The notes: generated by a model not told the origin, from the sequence alone. A DNA stretch of 64,000 nt from Balanoglossus misakiensis (GCA_040954595.2 JBECUI020000027.1:372001-436000), one strand, 5' to 3'. Counted from the stretch's first letter, positions 10,496 through 23,222 are shown. Translations and numbers: made by a program.

Positions 10496-11696
10496 ATGAT
10501 TAGCAATTTAAGGAAACTCACTCACTCACTCACTCACTCACTCACTCACTCACTCACTCACTCACTCACTCACTCACTCACTCACCAACTCTTGCGCGCT
10601 AGAACCCCAAAGAAAGCCTAATTCCCTTCGCCGTTTTTCCCCGTTAAAAGCAATACTTTTCTGTCTAATCCCAGCACTTTTCCTGACAAGCTGCGGTCCC
10701 ACCGGTCCGAGCCGTGAAACCCTCATAACAACTTTGACCATCAACGGCCTGGAGGGAGCGGCAACAGTTGATGAAACCAAAGCCGTTTTTTCTTTTGATA
10801 AACTAGACTCAGGTGCGGTAAGCACCTTTGACCTCAGCGTATCCCCCGGGGCCACGGTTACCCATGCCGACGGTACCGCTCTGACAGCTGAGAATCTTGT
10901 TCTTGGCGAGGAATTCCCCGTGCTCGTTACCGCAGAGGATGGACTTACTACCCAAACCTACACCCTATTAATTACCGGAGATATTTTCATTACCAACAAA
11001 TACAGCAACGGCTACTATGTCTGGTTTGACCTAACCTTGCATCAAAATGCGACGGTGGATTTCTACGCAGTAGAAGAAGGCACTACCCTGCCCAGCGCCG
11101 CTTCCGTTGCGGCCATGACTGACACCGATGGCGACCAAGCCGTCGACGGTCAACACTTCAGAGATGACTTGGTTGCCGGGGAAGCCCACCGTATTGTTCT
11201 CTACAACCTGGACACTTCCAAAAACTACGATATTGGCAGCTATTTCAGTGATGCTAAGTATCCCGGCTCTCACGCCGCTGTATTGACACAGATGACTACA
11301 GCCGCAGAACCCAGCACCACGGGCAAGGTGGTTTGGCAGGCTTACGAAGGGCAGCGAATCATTCTGCCGCCTGCAAGGTTGATGTCAAGGAATGATATAA
11401 CTACTGGAACCAAACCTCATGCTCTTCATGTGAAAAAAACTACGGCAGAGGGGGAGGAAGTCATCAAGAAGAATTTATATTTTATATTTTCTGATTCTTA
11501 TACGATCGGCAGTGATTACAACCAAGCTATTCATCAGACTATAGAGGTTATTATTGATCCTAGGGGACATTATTTCATAAATTTTACAGATGCTATGAAA
11601 TCACAAGAAGGTATATATTGGGTTCGATGGTCGTCAGCATTGGACGATACCGATTCCCCCGATGACTATATTGATTTGCGCATCATAGAAAGGTAG
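10496..11696 (+). CDS. Phase-variable lipoprotein, array unit 2 ((ACTC)17 at 10516-10583, OFF)
   Basis: Intact frame from tract to stop; ATG is out of frame with it. Confidence 0.9.
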
Positions 11697-12159
11697 TCTT
11701 TGTCTCGGCAGGGAATGTGCCGTTCTCATGCTGGGACGGCTGCCAAGAATGCCATGGAGAAAGAAATGCCATGAAGAAAGAAAAGAAAGGCTCCCCTTGG
11801 GGCCCAAATGATGACTTTCCAGCAACTTCTAGGCCTAAGCAGTCCCTCGGGGACTAGAGGGAGTAAAAACGATAAGAAGAATCTGCTTACTGGTACCCCA
11901 AAAGCCCTAGAATAGGCTTTCGGGGTGTGCCCGCTCCCAGATGCCCGGGAAACCCTAGCCAGCACCCTAATTCCCTATGGCTACTACGCTTTTTCTCAAG
12001 TTACTGACCAAAGAACAGACCATTTCTCCCCTTACCAAACAATAAAGAGATAACACCCCCCCTTGATAAAATCCAGATAGCGAGATAGACTGAAGCTTAA
12101 GTTCAAATCTAGTAAACTAAAGCCTTGTAAGAGGCTATTTTTAAGGAGGCATACCAAAG

Positions 12160-13342
12160 ATGATTAGCAATTTAAGGAAACAAACTCACTCACTCACTCA
12201 CTCACTCACTCACTCACTCACTCACTCACTCACTCCCCAGCTCTTGCGCGCTAGAACTCCAAAGAAAGCCTAATTCCCTTCGCCGTTTTTCCCCGTTAAA
12301 AGCAATACTTTTCTGTATAATCCCAGCGCTGTTCCTGACAGGCTGCGGCAGCCCCACTCCGAGCAGTGAAGCCCTCATAACAACTTTGACCATCAACGGC
12401 CTGGAGGGAGCGGCAACAGTTGATGAAACCAAAGCCGTTTTTTCTTTTGATAAACTCGACTCCGGTGCGGTGACCGCCTTTGACCTCAGCGTATCCCCCG
12501 GGGCCACGGTGACCCATGCCGACGGTACCGCTCTGACAGCTGAGAATCTTGTTCTTGGCGAGGAATTTCCCGTGCTCGTTACCGCAGAAGATGGGCTTAC
12601 TACCCAAACCTACACCCTGTTAATTACTGGAGATATTTTCATTACCAACAAATACAGCAACGGCTACTATGTCTGGTTTGACCTAACCTTGCATCAAAAC
12701 GCTACGGTGGATTTCTACGCAGTAGAAGAAGGCACTACCCTGCCCAGCGCCGCTTCCGTGACGGCCATGGATGACACCGATGGCGACCAAGCCGTCGACG
12801 GTCAACACTTCCGAGATGCTTTGGTTGCCGGGGAACCCCACCGGATTGTTCTCTACAACCTGGACACCTCCAAAAACTACGATATTGGCAGCTATTTCAA
12901 CGATGGTAAGTATCCCGGCTCTCACGCCGCTGTATTGACACAAATGACTACAGCCGCAGAACCCAGCACCACGGGCAAGGTGGTTTGGCAGGCTTACGAA
13001 GGGCAGCGAATCATTCTGCCGCCTGCAAGGTTATTGTCAAATAACGATCTATCTGGACAAGATACGCACGTACTTTCCGTACGGAGAACTGTGGCAGGAG
13101 TGGAGGAGAACCTTTATGCTGTATATGAATTCATTCCAGGTACCTATCAAGCAGGCTCTGATTTCACCCGTTACGGCACAGCTGCTCAGACTATAGAGAT
13201 TATTATTGATCCTCTGGGATATTATTTCATGAATTTTACAGATGCTATGAAATCACAAGAAGGCATATATTGGGTTCAAAGGTCAGTGGGAGGTACCGAT
13301 TCCCCCGATGACTATATTGATTTGCGCATCATAGAAAGGTAG
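12160..13342 (+). CDS. Phase-variable lipoprotein, array unit 3 (ACAA+(ACTC)13 at 12184-12235, OFF)
   Basis: Lipobox FLTGC; intact downstream frame; ATG offset 76 nt, not a multiple of 3. Confidence 0.9.
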
Positions 13343-13789
13343 TCTTTGTCTCAGCAGGGGATGTGCCGTTCTCATGCTGGGACGGCTGCCAAGGATGCCA
13401 TAAAGAGAGAAAAAAAGGCTCCCCTTGGGACCCTCATGATGACTTGACAGTAACTTCCCAGGCTTAATCAGTCCCTCGGAGACTAGAGGGAGTAAAAACG
13501 ATAAGAAGAATCTGCTTACTGGTACCCCCAAAGCCCTAGGATAGGCTTTCGGGGTGTGCCCTCTCCCAGATGCCTTGAAAACCTTAGCCAGCACCCTAAT
13601 TCCCTATGGCTACTACGCTTTTCTCAAGTTATTGACCAAGAAAAGATCATTTCACCCCCTTACCAAACAATAAAGAGATAACACACACCCCCTTGATAAA
13701 ATCCAGATAGCGAGATAGACTGAAAGTTAAGTTCAAATCTAGTAAACTAAAGCCTTGTAAGAGGCTATTTTTAAGGAGGCATACCAAAG

Positions 13790-14973
13790 ATGATTAGCAA
13801 TTTAAGCAAACTCACTCACTCACTCACTCACTCACTCACTCACTCACTCACTCACTCACCAACTCTTGCGCGCTAGAACTCCACAGAAAGCCTAATTCCC
13901 TTCGCCGTTTTTCCCCGTTAAAAGCAATACTTTTCTGTCTAATCCCAGCACTTTTCCTGACAAGCTGCGGCCCCACCGGTCCAAGTCGAGAAACCCTCAT
14001 AACAACTTTGACCATCAACGGCCTGGAGGGAGCGGCAACAGTTGATGAAACCAAAGCCGTTTTTTCTTTTGATAAACTCGATCCCAGTATGATAAGCACC
14101 TTTGACCTCAGAGTATCCCCCGGGGCCACGGTTACCCATGCCGACGGTACCGCTCTGACGGCTGAAAATCTTCTTATCGGCGAGGAATTCCCCGTGCTCG
14201 TTACCGCAGAGGATGGACTTACTACCCAAACCTACACCCTGTTAATTACTGGGGATATGCTCATTACCAACAAATACAGCAACGGCTACTATGTCTGGTT
14301 TGACCTAACCTTGCATCAAAACGCTACGGTGGATTTCTACGCAGTAGAAGAAGGAACGACCCTACCCAGCGCCGCTTCCGTAGCGGCCATGGATGACACC
14401 GATGGCGACCAGCCCGCCGACGGTCGGCACTTCAGAGATGCCTTGATTGCCGGGGAACCCCACCGTATTGTTCTCTACAACCTGGACACTTCCAAAAACT
14501 ACGATATTGGCAGCTATTTCAGTGATGCTAAGTATCCCGGCTCTCACGCCGCTGTATTGACACAGATGACTACAGCCGCAGAACCCAGCACCACGGGTAA
14601 GGTGGTTTGGCAGGCTTATGAAGGGCAGCGAATCATTCTGCCGCCTGCAAGGTTGTTGTCAAATAATGATCTATCTGCTGGAACATCCGAAACTCAGTCT
14701 CTTGCCACACGAAAAACTACAGCAGAGGGAGAGGAAGTCATCTACAGAAGTATATATGTACTCACTCCAAATTCATATTTCAATGGCGCTGATCACGAGC
14801 TAGCTATTCATCAGACTATAGAGGTTATTATTGATTCTATGGGACATTATTTCATAAATTTTACAGATGTTATGAAATCACAAGAAGGCATATATTGGTT
14901 TCGATGGACGCCAGTCCTTCTCGGTACCTTGTCCCCCGATGACTATATTGATTTGCGCATCATAGAAAGGTAG
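13790..14973 (+). CDS. Phase-variable lipoprotein, array unit 4 ((ACTC)12 at 13810-13857, OFF)
   Basis: Intact downstream frame; ATG offset 68 nt. Confidence 0.9.
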
Positions 14974-15419
14974 TCTTTGTCTCGGCAGGGGATGTGCCGT
15001 TCTCATGCTGGGACGGCTGCCAAGAATGCCATGGAGAAAGAAAAAAAAGGCTCCCCTTGGGGCCCAAATGATGACTTGACAGTAACTTTCCAGGCTTAAT
15101 CAGTCCCTCGGGGGCTAGAGGGAGTAAAAACGATAAGAAGAATCTGCTTACTGGTATCCCCAAAGCCCTAGGACAGGCTCTCGGGGTGTGCCCGCTCCCA
15201 GATGCCCGGGAAACCCTAGCCAGAACCCTAATTCCCTATGGCTACTACGCTTTTTCTCAAGTTATTGACCAAAGAACAGACCATTTCTCCCCTTACCAAA
15301 CAATAAAGAGATAACACCCCCCCTTGATAAAATCCAGATAAGGAGATAAACTGAAAGTTAAGTTCAAATCTAGTAAACTAAAGCCTTGTAAGAGGCTATT
15401 TTTAAGGAGGCATACAAAG

Positions 15420-16612
15420 ATGATCAGCAATTTAAGGAAACTCACTCACTCACTCACTCACTCACTCACTCACTCACTCACTCACTCACTCACTCACTCA
15501 CCAACTCTTGCGCGCTAGAACTCCAAAGAAAGCCTAATTCCCTTCGCCGTTTTTCCCCGTTAAAAGCAATACTTTTCTGTATAATCCCAGCGCTGTTCCT
15601 GACAGGCTGCGGCAGCCCCACTCCGAGCAGTGAAGCCCTCATAACAACCTTGACCATCAACGGCCTGGAGGGAGTGGCAACAATTGAGGGAACCAAAGCC
15701 GTTTTTTCTTTTGATAAACTAGACTCAGGTGCGGTGACCGCCTTTGACCTCAGCGTATCCCCCGGGGCCACGGTGACCCATGCCGACGGTACCGCTCTGA
15801 CGGCTGAAAATCTTCTTATCGGCGAGGAATTCCCCGTGCTCGTTACCGCAGAGGATGGACTTACTACCCAAACCTACACCTTATTGATTACCGGGGATAT
15901 TTTCATTACCAACAAATACAGCAACGGCTACTACGTCTGGTTTGACCTAACCTTGCATCAAAATGCTACGGTGGATTTCTACGCAGTAGAAGAAGGCACT
16001 ACCCTACCCAGCGCTGCTTCCGTAGCGGCCATGGATGACACCGATGGCGACCAAGCCGTTGACGGTCAACACTTCAGAGATGACTTGGTTGCCGGGGAAT
16101 CCCACCGTATTGTTCTTTATAACTTGGACACCTCCAAAAACTACGATATTGGCGGCTATTTCAGTGATGGTAAGTATCCCGGCTCTCACGCCGCTGTATT
16201 GACACAGATGACTACAGCCGCAGAACCCAGCACCACGGGTAAGGTGGTTTGGCAGGCTTACGAAGGGCAGCGAATCATTCTGCCGCCTGCAAGGTTGTTG
16301 TCAAATAATGATCTTGCTGGAACATCCCTCTCTCATTCTCTTAATGTGCAAAAAACTACGGCAGAGGGGGAGGTAGTCATCTATGGCAGTATATTTATAT
16401 TCATTCCAGGTACTTATCAAATTGGCTCTGATTACGACTCAGCTGTTTATCAGACTGTAGAGATTATTATTGATTCTAGGGGACATTATTTCATAAATTT
16501 TACAGATGTTATGAAATCGCTAGAAGGTATATATTGGGTTCGATGGACGGCAGACGCTCGGGATACCGATTCCCCCGATGACTATATTGATTTGCGCATA
16601 ATAGAAAGGTAG
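15420..16612 (+). CDS. Phase-variable lipoprotein, array unit 5 ((ACTC)15 at 15440-15499, OFF)
   Basis: Intact downstream frame; ATG offset 80 nt. Confidence 0.9.
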
Positions 16613-17060
16613 TCTTTGTCTCGGCAGGGGATGTGCCGTTCTCATGCTGGGACGGCTGCCAAGAATGCCATGGAGAAAGAAAAGAAAGGCTCCCGTTGGG
16701 GCCAAAATGATGACTTTTCAGTAACTTCCAGGCCTAAGCAGTCCCTCGGAGACTAGAGGGAGTAAAAACGATAAGAAGAATCTGCTTACTGGTACCCCGA
16801 AAGCCCTAGAATAGGCTTTCGGGGTGTGCCCGCTCCCAGATGCCTGGAAAACCCTAGCCAGCACCCTAATTCCCTATGGCTACTACGCTTTTTCTCAAGT
16901 TATTGACCAAGAAAAGATCATTTCACCCCCTTACCAAACAATAAAGAGATAATACCCCCCCCCTTGATAAAATCCAGATAGCGAGATAGACTAAAGCTTA
17001 AGTTCAAATCTAGTAAACTAAAGCCTTGTAAGAGGCTATTTTTAAGGAGGCATGCCAAAG

Positions 17061-18240
17061 ATGATTAGCAATTTAAGGAAACAAACTCACTCACTCACTC
17101 ACTCACTCACTCACTCACTCACTCACCAGCTCTTGCGCGCTAGAACCCCAAAGAAAGCCTAATTCCCTTCGCCGTTTTTCCCCGTTAAAAGCAATACTTT
17201 TCTGTCTAATCCCAGCACTTTTCCTGACAAGCTGCGGTCCCACCGGTCCGAGCCGTGAAACCCTCATAACAACTTTGACCATCAACGGCCTGGAGGGAGC
17301 GGCAACAGTTGATGAAACCAAAGCCGTTTTTTCTTTTGATAAACTAGACTCAGGAGCGGTAAGCACCTTTGACCTCAGCGTATCCCCCGGGGCCACGGTT
17401 ACCCATGCCGACGGTACCGCTCTGACAGCTGAGAATCTTGTTCTTGGCGAGGAATTTCCCGTGCTCGTTACCGCAGAAGATGGGCTTACTACCCAAACCT
17501 ACACCCTATTAATTACCGGGGATATGCTCATTACCAACAAATACAGCAACGGCTACTATGTCTGGTTTGACCTAACCTTGCATCAAAACGCTACGGTGGA
17601 TTTCTACGCAGTAGAAGAAGGAACGACCCTGCCCAGCGCCGCTTCCGTGACGGCCATGGATGACACCGATGGCGACCAAGCCGTCGACGGTCAACACTTC
17701 AGAGATGACTTGATTGCCGGGGAACCCCACCGTATTGTTCTCTACAACCTGGACACTTCCAAAAACTACGATATTGGCAGCTATTTCAGTGATGCTAAGT
17801 ATCCTGACTCTCACGCCGCTGTATTGACACAGATGACTACAGCCGCAGAACCCAGCACCACGGGCAAGGTGGTTTGGCAGGCTTACGAAGGGCAGCGAAT
17901 CATTCTGCCGCCTGCAAGGTTGTTGTCAAATAACGATATACCTGTTGGAACAACCGAATCTCATTCTCTTCATGTGCAAAAAACTACGGCAGAGGGGGAG
18001 GTAGTCATCTATGGCAGTATATTTATATTCATTCCAGGTACTTATCTATTCGGCACTGATTACGACCCAGCTGTTTATCAGACTGTAGAGATTATTATTG
18101 ATTCTAGGGGACATTATTTCATAAATTTTACAGATGTTATGAAATCACTAGAAGGTATATATTGGGTTCGATGGACGCATACATATCAGGATACCGATTC
18201 CCCCGATGACTATATTGATTTGCGCATCATAGAAAGGTAG
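17061..18240 (+). CDS. Phase-variable lipoprotein, array unit 6 (ACAA+(ACTC)10 at 17085-17124, OFF)
   Basis: Intact downstream frame; ATG offset 64 nt. Confidence 0.9.
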
Positions 18241-18688
18241 TCTTTGTCTCGGCAGGGGATGTGCCGTTCTCATGCTGGGACGGCTGCCAAGAATGCCATG
18301 AAGAAAGAAAAGAAAGGCTCCCCTTGGGGCCAAAATGATGACTTTTCAGTAACTTCCAGGCCTAAGCAGTCCCTCGGGGACTAGAGGGAGTAAAAACGAT
18401 AAGAAGAATCTGCTTACTGGTACCCCCAAAGCCCTAGGACAGGCTCTCGGGGGTGTGCCCGCCCCCAGATGCCCGGGAAACCCTAGCCAGCACCCTAATT
18501 CCCTATGGCTACTACGCTTTTTCTCAAGTTATTGACCAAGAAAAGATCATTTCACCCCCTTACCAAACAATAAAGAGATAATACCCCCCCCTTGATAAAA
18601 TCCAGATAGCGAGATAGACTGAAAGTTAAGTTCAAATCTAGTAAACTAAAGCCTTGTAAGAGGCTATTTTTAAGGAGGCATACCAAAG

Positions 18689-19876
18689 ATGATTAGCAAT
18701 TTAAGGAAACTCACTCACTCACTCACTCACTCACTCACTCACTCACTCACTCACTCACTCACTCACTCACCAGCTCTTGCGCGTTAGGACTTCAAAGAAA
18801 GCCTAATTCCCTTCGCCGTTTTTCCCCGTTAAAAGCAATACTTTTCTGTTTAATCCCAGCACTTTTCCTGACAAGCTGCGGCCCCACCGGTCCAAGTCGA
18901 GAAACCCTCATAACAACTTTGACCATCAACGGCCTGGAGGGAGCGGCAACAGTTGATGAAACCAAAGCCGTTTTTTCTTTTGATAAACTAGACTCAGGTG
19001 CGGTGACCGCCTTTGACCTCAGCGTATCCCCCGGGCCACGGTGACCCATGCCGATGGTACCGCTCTGACGGCTGAAAATCTTCTTATCGGCGAGGAGTTC
19101 CCCGTGCTCGTTACCGACAGAGGATGGACTTACTACCCAAACCTACACCCTATTAATTACCGGAGATATTTTCATTACCAACAAATACAGCAACGGCTAC
19201 TATGTCTGGTTTGACCTAACCTTGCATCAAAATGCGACGGTGGATTTCTACGCAGTAGAAGAAGGCACTACCCTACCCAGCGCCGCTTCCGTTGCGGCCA
19301 TGGATGACACCGATGGCGACCAGGCCGTTGACGGTCGGCACTTCAGAGATGCCTTGATTGCTGGGGAACCCCACCGGATTGTTCTCTACAACCTGGGACA
19401 CTTCCAAAAACTACGATATTGGCAGCTATTTCAGTGATGCTAAGTATCCCGGCTCTCACGCCGCTGTATTGACACAGATGACTACAGCCGCAGAACCCAG
19501 CACCACGGGCAAGGTGGTTTGGTCGGCTTACGAAGGGCAGCGAATTATTTTGCCGCCTGCAAGGTTGTTGTCAAATAACGATATACCTGCTGGAACAATC
19601 GAATCTCATACTCTTCGTTCGCAAAAAACTACTGGCAGAGGGGGAGGTAGGCAACTATTCCTTATTTTTTCTAATTCCAGGTACTTATCAATTCGGCGGT
19701 GCTTACGACCCAGCTGTTGATCATACTATAGAGATTATTATTGCTCCTCTGGGATATTATTTCATAATTTTAAGGATGTTATGAAATCACAAGAAGGCAT
19801 ATATTGGGTTCGAATGACGGAGGGAGGTACCGATTCCCCCGATGACTATATTGATTTGCGCATCATAGAAAGGTAA
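18689..19876 (+). pseudogene. Array unit 7 ((ACTC)15 at 18709-18768, OFF) with several extra 1-nt indels (pseudogene or sequencing error)
   Basis: Homologous throughout but broken near 19035, 19117, 19397, 19633 and further on; fragments appear as ORFs 19222-19437 and 19358-19720. Confidence 0.8.
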
Positions 19877-20310
19877 GTCTTTATCCTTCCAGGGTAGATG
19901 CCGTTCACATGCTGGGACGGCTGCCAAAAATGCATGGAGAAAAGAAGGCACCCGTTGGGGCCAAAATGATGACTTTTCAGCAACTTCCAGGCTTAAGCAG
20001 TCCCTCCGGGACTAGAGGAGTAAAAACGATAAGAAGAATCTGCTTACTGGTACCCCGAAAGCCCTAGAATAGGCTTTCGGGGTGCCCGCTCCCCGATGCC
20101 CGGGAAACCTTAGCCAGCACCCTAATTCCCTATGGCTACTACGCTTTTTCTCAAGTTACTGACCAAGAAAAGATCATTTCACCCCTTACCAAACAATAAA
20201 TGAGATACCCCCCCCCTTGATAAAATCAGATAGCGGGATAAACTGAAGCTAAGTTCAAATCTAGTAAACCAAAGCCTTGTAAGAGGCTATTTTTAAGGAG
20301 GCATACAAAG

Positions 20311-21430
20311 ATGTTCAGCAATTTAAGGAAACTCACTCACTCACCAGCCTTGCGCGCTAGAACTCCAAAGAAAGCCTAATTCCCTTCGCCGTTTTTCCCC
20401 GTTAAAAGCAATACTTTTCTGTCTAATCCCAGCACTTTTCCTGACAGGCTGCGGCAGCCCCACTCCGAGCCGTGAAGCCCTCATAACAACTTTGACCATC
20501 AACGGCCTGGAGGGAGCGGCAACAGTTGATGAAACCAAAGCCGTTTTTTCTTTTGATAAACTAGACTCAGGTGCGGTGACCGCCTTTGACCTCAGCGTAT
20601 CCCCCGGGGCCACGGTGACCCATGCCGACGGTACCGCTCTGACGGCTAAAAATCTTCTTATTGGCGAGGAATTCCCGTGCTCGTTACTGCAGAGGATGGA
20701 CTTACTACCCAAACCTACACCCTGTTGATTACCGGGGATATTCTGATTACCAACAAATACAGCAACGGCTACTATGTCTGGTTTGACCTAACCTTGCATC
20801 AAAATGCTACGGTGGATTTCTACGCTGTAGAGGAAGGAACGACCCTGTCCAGCGCCGCTTCCGTTGCGGCCATGGATGACGCCGATGGCGACCAGGCCGT
20901 TGACGGACAACACTTCAGAGATGCCTTGATTGCTGGGGAACCCCACCGTATTGTTCTCTACAACCTGGACACTTCCAAAAACTACGATATTGGCAGCTAT
21001 TTCAGTGATGGTGAGTACCCTGACTCTCACGCCGCTGTATTGACACAAATGACTACAGCGCAGAACCCAGCACTACGGGCAAGGTGGTTTGGTCGGCTTA
21101 CGAAGGTCAAAAAATAATTTTCCCTCCTATAAGGTTGTTGTCGAGAGGAAATAGGAATAGGTTGTTTTTCTCAAGAATTGAGGGACAGAACCATCTTCCC
21201 ATTTATATAGTGGTAGACGACAAGGGTACCTGGGGCTGGGGCGGTGCGTATATTGCCGATATTCATAGTACGATGAGCGTTTTTTATGATTCTAGGGACT
21301 ACATCTCCATAAAAATTGAAGGTGTTGCAAAGTCACTGGAACTTCCTATTACCTAAGCACACAGACAGACGAATCCCATGCCCCTTCTGATGATGATAGC
21401 TTTATTGATTTGCAAGTGCTAGAACGGTAG
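20311..21430 (+). pseudogene. Array unit 8 ((ACTC)3 only) with multiple frameshifts and a divergent C-terminal domain
   Basis: Fragments 20492-20728, 20677-21117 and 21084-21356; ends FIDLQVLER-stop at 21430. Confidence 0.8.
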
Positions 21431-21521
21431 TTTTCTCCCATTCCCACAAGGGCCTGGATTTATGAATTTTCTTTTCCATTGTTTGGCTTTGTAGAAAGCT
21501 GACCCTTGTAAAGTTGGGGAC

Positions 21522-21653
21522 TGCGTTAGGGATGCGGAGGGTGGCCGTCAGTCTCTGACTGGCGGCCAGATCCACCCGCCAGTAGGCGGGTGAGCCGTAG
21601 CGATAGCGGAGCCCGTAGCAGCCCGACCCCGGCAAAGCCGGGGGAACGCCCAA
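21522..21653 (-). ncRNA. Probable Flavo-1-like structured RNA or repeat element
   Basis: Minus strand reads TTGGGCGTTCCCCCGGCTTTGCCGGGGTCGGGCT...multiple hairpins...ATCCCTAACGCA. This matches my recollection of the Flavo-1 motif ends (reported from Bacteroidota and Spirochaetota); not checked against a covariance model. Confidence 0.55.
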
Positions 21654-21941
21654 TTCTTTATTTGTCAGATCAGATTTTATTGTCGCTAAGGTAGAGTGGA
21701 AAAGGATTTTTATCTTCTTTTCCTTTTTTAAGCTATGATTTCTCCTTTTACAACCCTGCTCCTGGGAATGCTTTGTCTTGTGAAAAATATGGAGGGAGGG
21801 GGGAGAGATGTATTTCTTTGTGTGATAGAGGGTTATGAAAAAAGCCATCGGGGGAGGGGAGCTTAGGTGTTTTTGATCATATTATTCGATACATTCACAA
21901 TGTGGGGGTAGAATGGTATAAGTCAATAATCAGGAGTGTGT

Positions 21942-22313
21942 ATGTTACGAAAAAATGGATTGTTTCTTTTGGTGATTGCCTTGGCTTTTTCTACTGTGGC
22001 CTGTGAACTTTTTCAAGATAGCATTGGCGAGGGTACGTATTTTGTTGGTGTTTGGCAAGTCAACTCCGGTGATTTAGGCACTTTTACCTTTCTAGCCGAT
22101 GGTACATGGACCCGTGTAGGCGCTAGTGGTGGTCATGAGAATGGAACTTTCAGTGCAACAGGTAATGCCTCCAGCGGTGTCCTTCTATTGAAGTCAGAAT
22201 TATTCTCCTTCATTGCAGGTGAGCATGAGTATGTGTTTAACCCTGAAGGTACAGAGGTTGAGATCACTTGGGAGGCTTCCTTCATCGGGAAATCGGTTCT
22301 GGTTAAGCAATAA
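21942..22313 (+). CDS. Small lipoprotein, tandem copy 1 (lipocalin-like beta-barrel suspected)
   Basis: AGGAG-ATG, lipobox TVAC, motif FVGVW...FTFLADGTWTR. Confidence 0.85.
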   Translation: MLRKNGLFLLVIALAFSTVACELFQDSIGEGTYFVGVWQVNSGDLGTFTFLADGTWTRVGASGGHENGTFSATGNASSGVLLLKSELFSFIAGEHEYVFNPEGTEVEITWEASFIGKSVLVKQ

Positions 22314-22679
22314 TCCAGGAAATTTATCCGACTGAGATATCACAGACCCTAGCAGCCCGACCCCGGCAAAGCTAGGGGAACGCCTAATTCTTTATTTTTT
22401 AGGTCAGATTTTATTATAGCTAAGGTAGAAAGGAAAAGGATTTTCATCTTCTTTTCCTTTCTACCCTTAGCTATGATTTCTCCTCTTAAAACCCTGCTCC
22501 TGGGAATGCTTTATCTTGTGAAAAGCATGGATGGCTTCGGGGAAGTTAGAGTTATATTTTTTTCACAGTATAGGGTTACATGAAAAAATCATTGAGGGAG
22601 GGAGGCTTTAAGGTTTTTTAAATGGATAAATTTATGAGTAGGGGGTAGAATAGTATAAAGCAAATCATAAGGAGTGTGT

Positions 22680-23064
22680 ATGTTACGAAAAAATGGATTG
22701 TTTCTTTTGGTGATTGCCTTGGCTTTTTCTACAGCGGCTTGTGAACTTTTTCAAGATAGCATTGGCGAAGGTACGTATTTTGTTGGTGTTTGGCCAAGAC
22801 AACACAGGTGGGGAAGGCAAGTTTACCTTTCGATCCGATGGTACATGGACCCGTGTAGGCGATATTTCGGGTAATTACGATGGAACTTTCAGTGCAAGAG
22901 GTAATGCCACCAGCGGTGTCCTCGTATTGAAGTCAGATGAAATCTCCTTATTTCCAGGTGAGCATGAGTATGTGTTTAATACTGATGGTACAGAGGTTGA
23001 GATCACTTGGGAAAACTACATACTGGGAGATCTGGAGGGGAAATCGGTTCTGGTCAAGCAATAA
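22680..23064 (+). pseudogene. Small lipoprotein, copy 2, single +1 frameshift near 22795
   Basis: ORFs 22674-22874 and 22714-23064 join at GTTTGGCCAAGAC (extra C); may be a sequencing error. Confidence 0.75.
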
Positions 23065-23222
23065 TCCAGGAAATTGATCCGACCTGAGATAGCATAGACC
23101 CTAGCAACTCGCCCCCCGGCAAGGCCGGGGGGAACGCTCAATTCTTTATTTCCCAGGTCAGTTTTTATTATAGCTAGGGTAAAGTGGAAAAGGATAATAT
23201 AAGCAAATAATAAGGAGTGTGT

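Larger units (their letters stand above)
8700..21430 (+). repeat. Tandem array of eight ~1.63 kb promoter-gene-spacer units (ninth copy at 25.2-26.5 kb)
   Basis: Start ATGs at 8857, 10496, 12160, 13790, 15420, 17061, 18689 and 20311 (periods 1622-1664 bp); near-identical spacers and 5' gene parts. Confidence 0.95.

Noticed and set aside
10734-17275. TTG starts (MTINGL...) given by the ORF track for array genes
   Set aside because: They lie downstream of the lipobox and lack an RBS; the real start is the AAGGAGG-ATG upstream of the tract.
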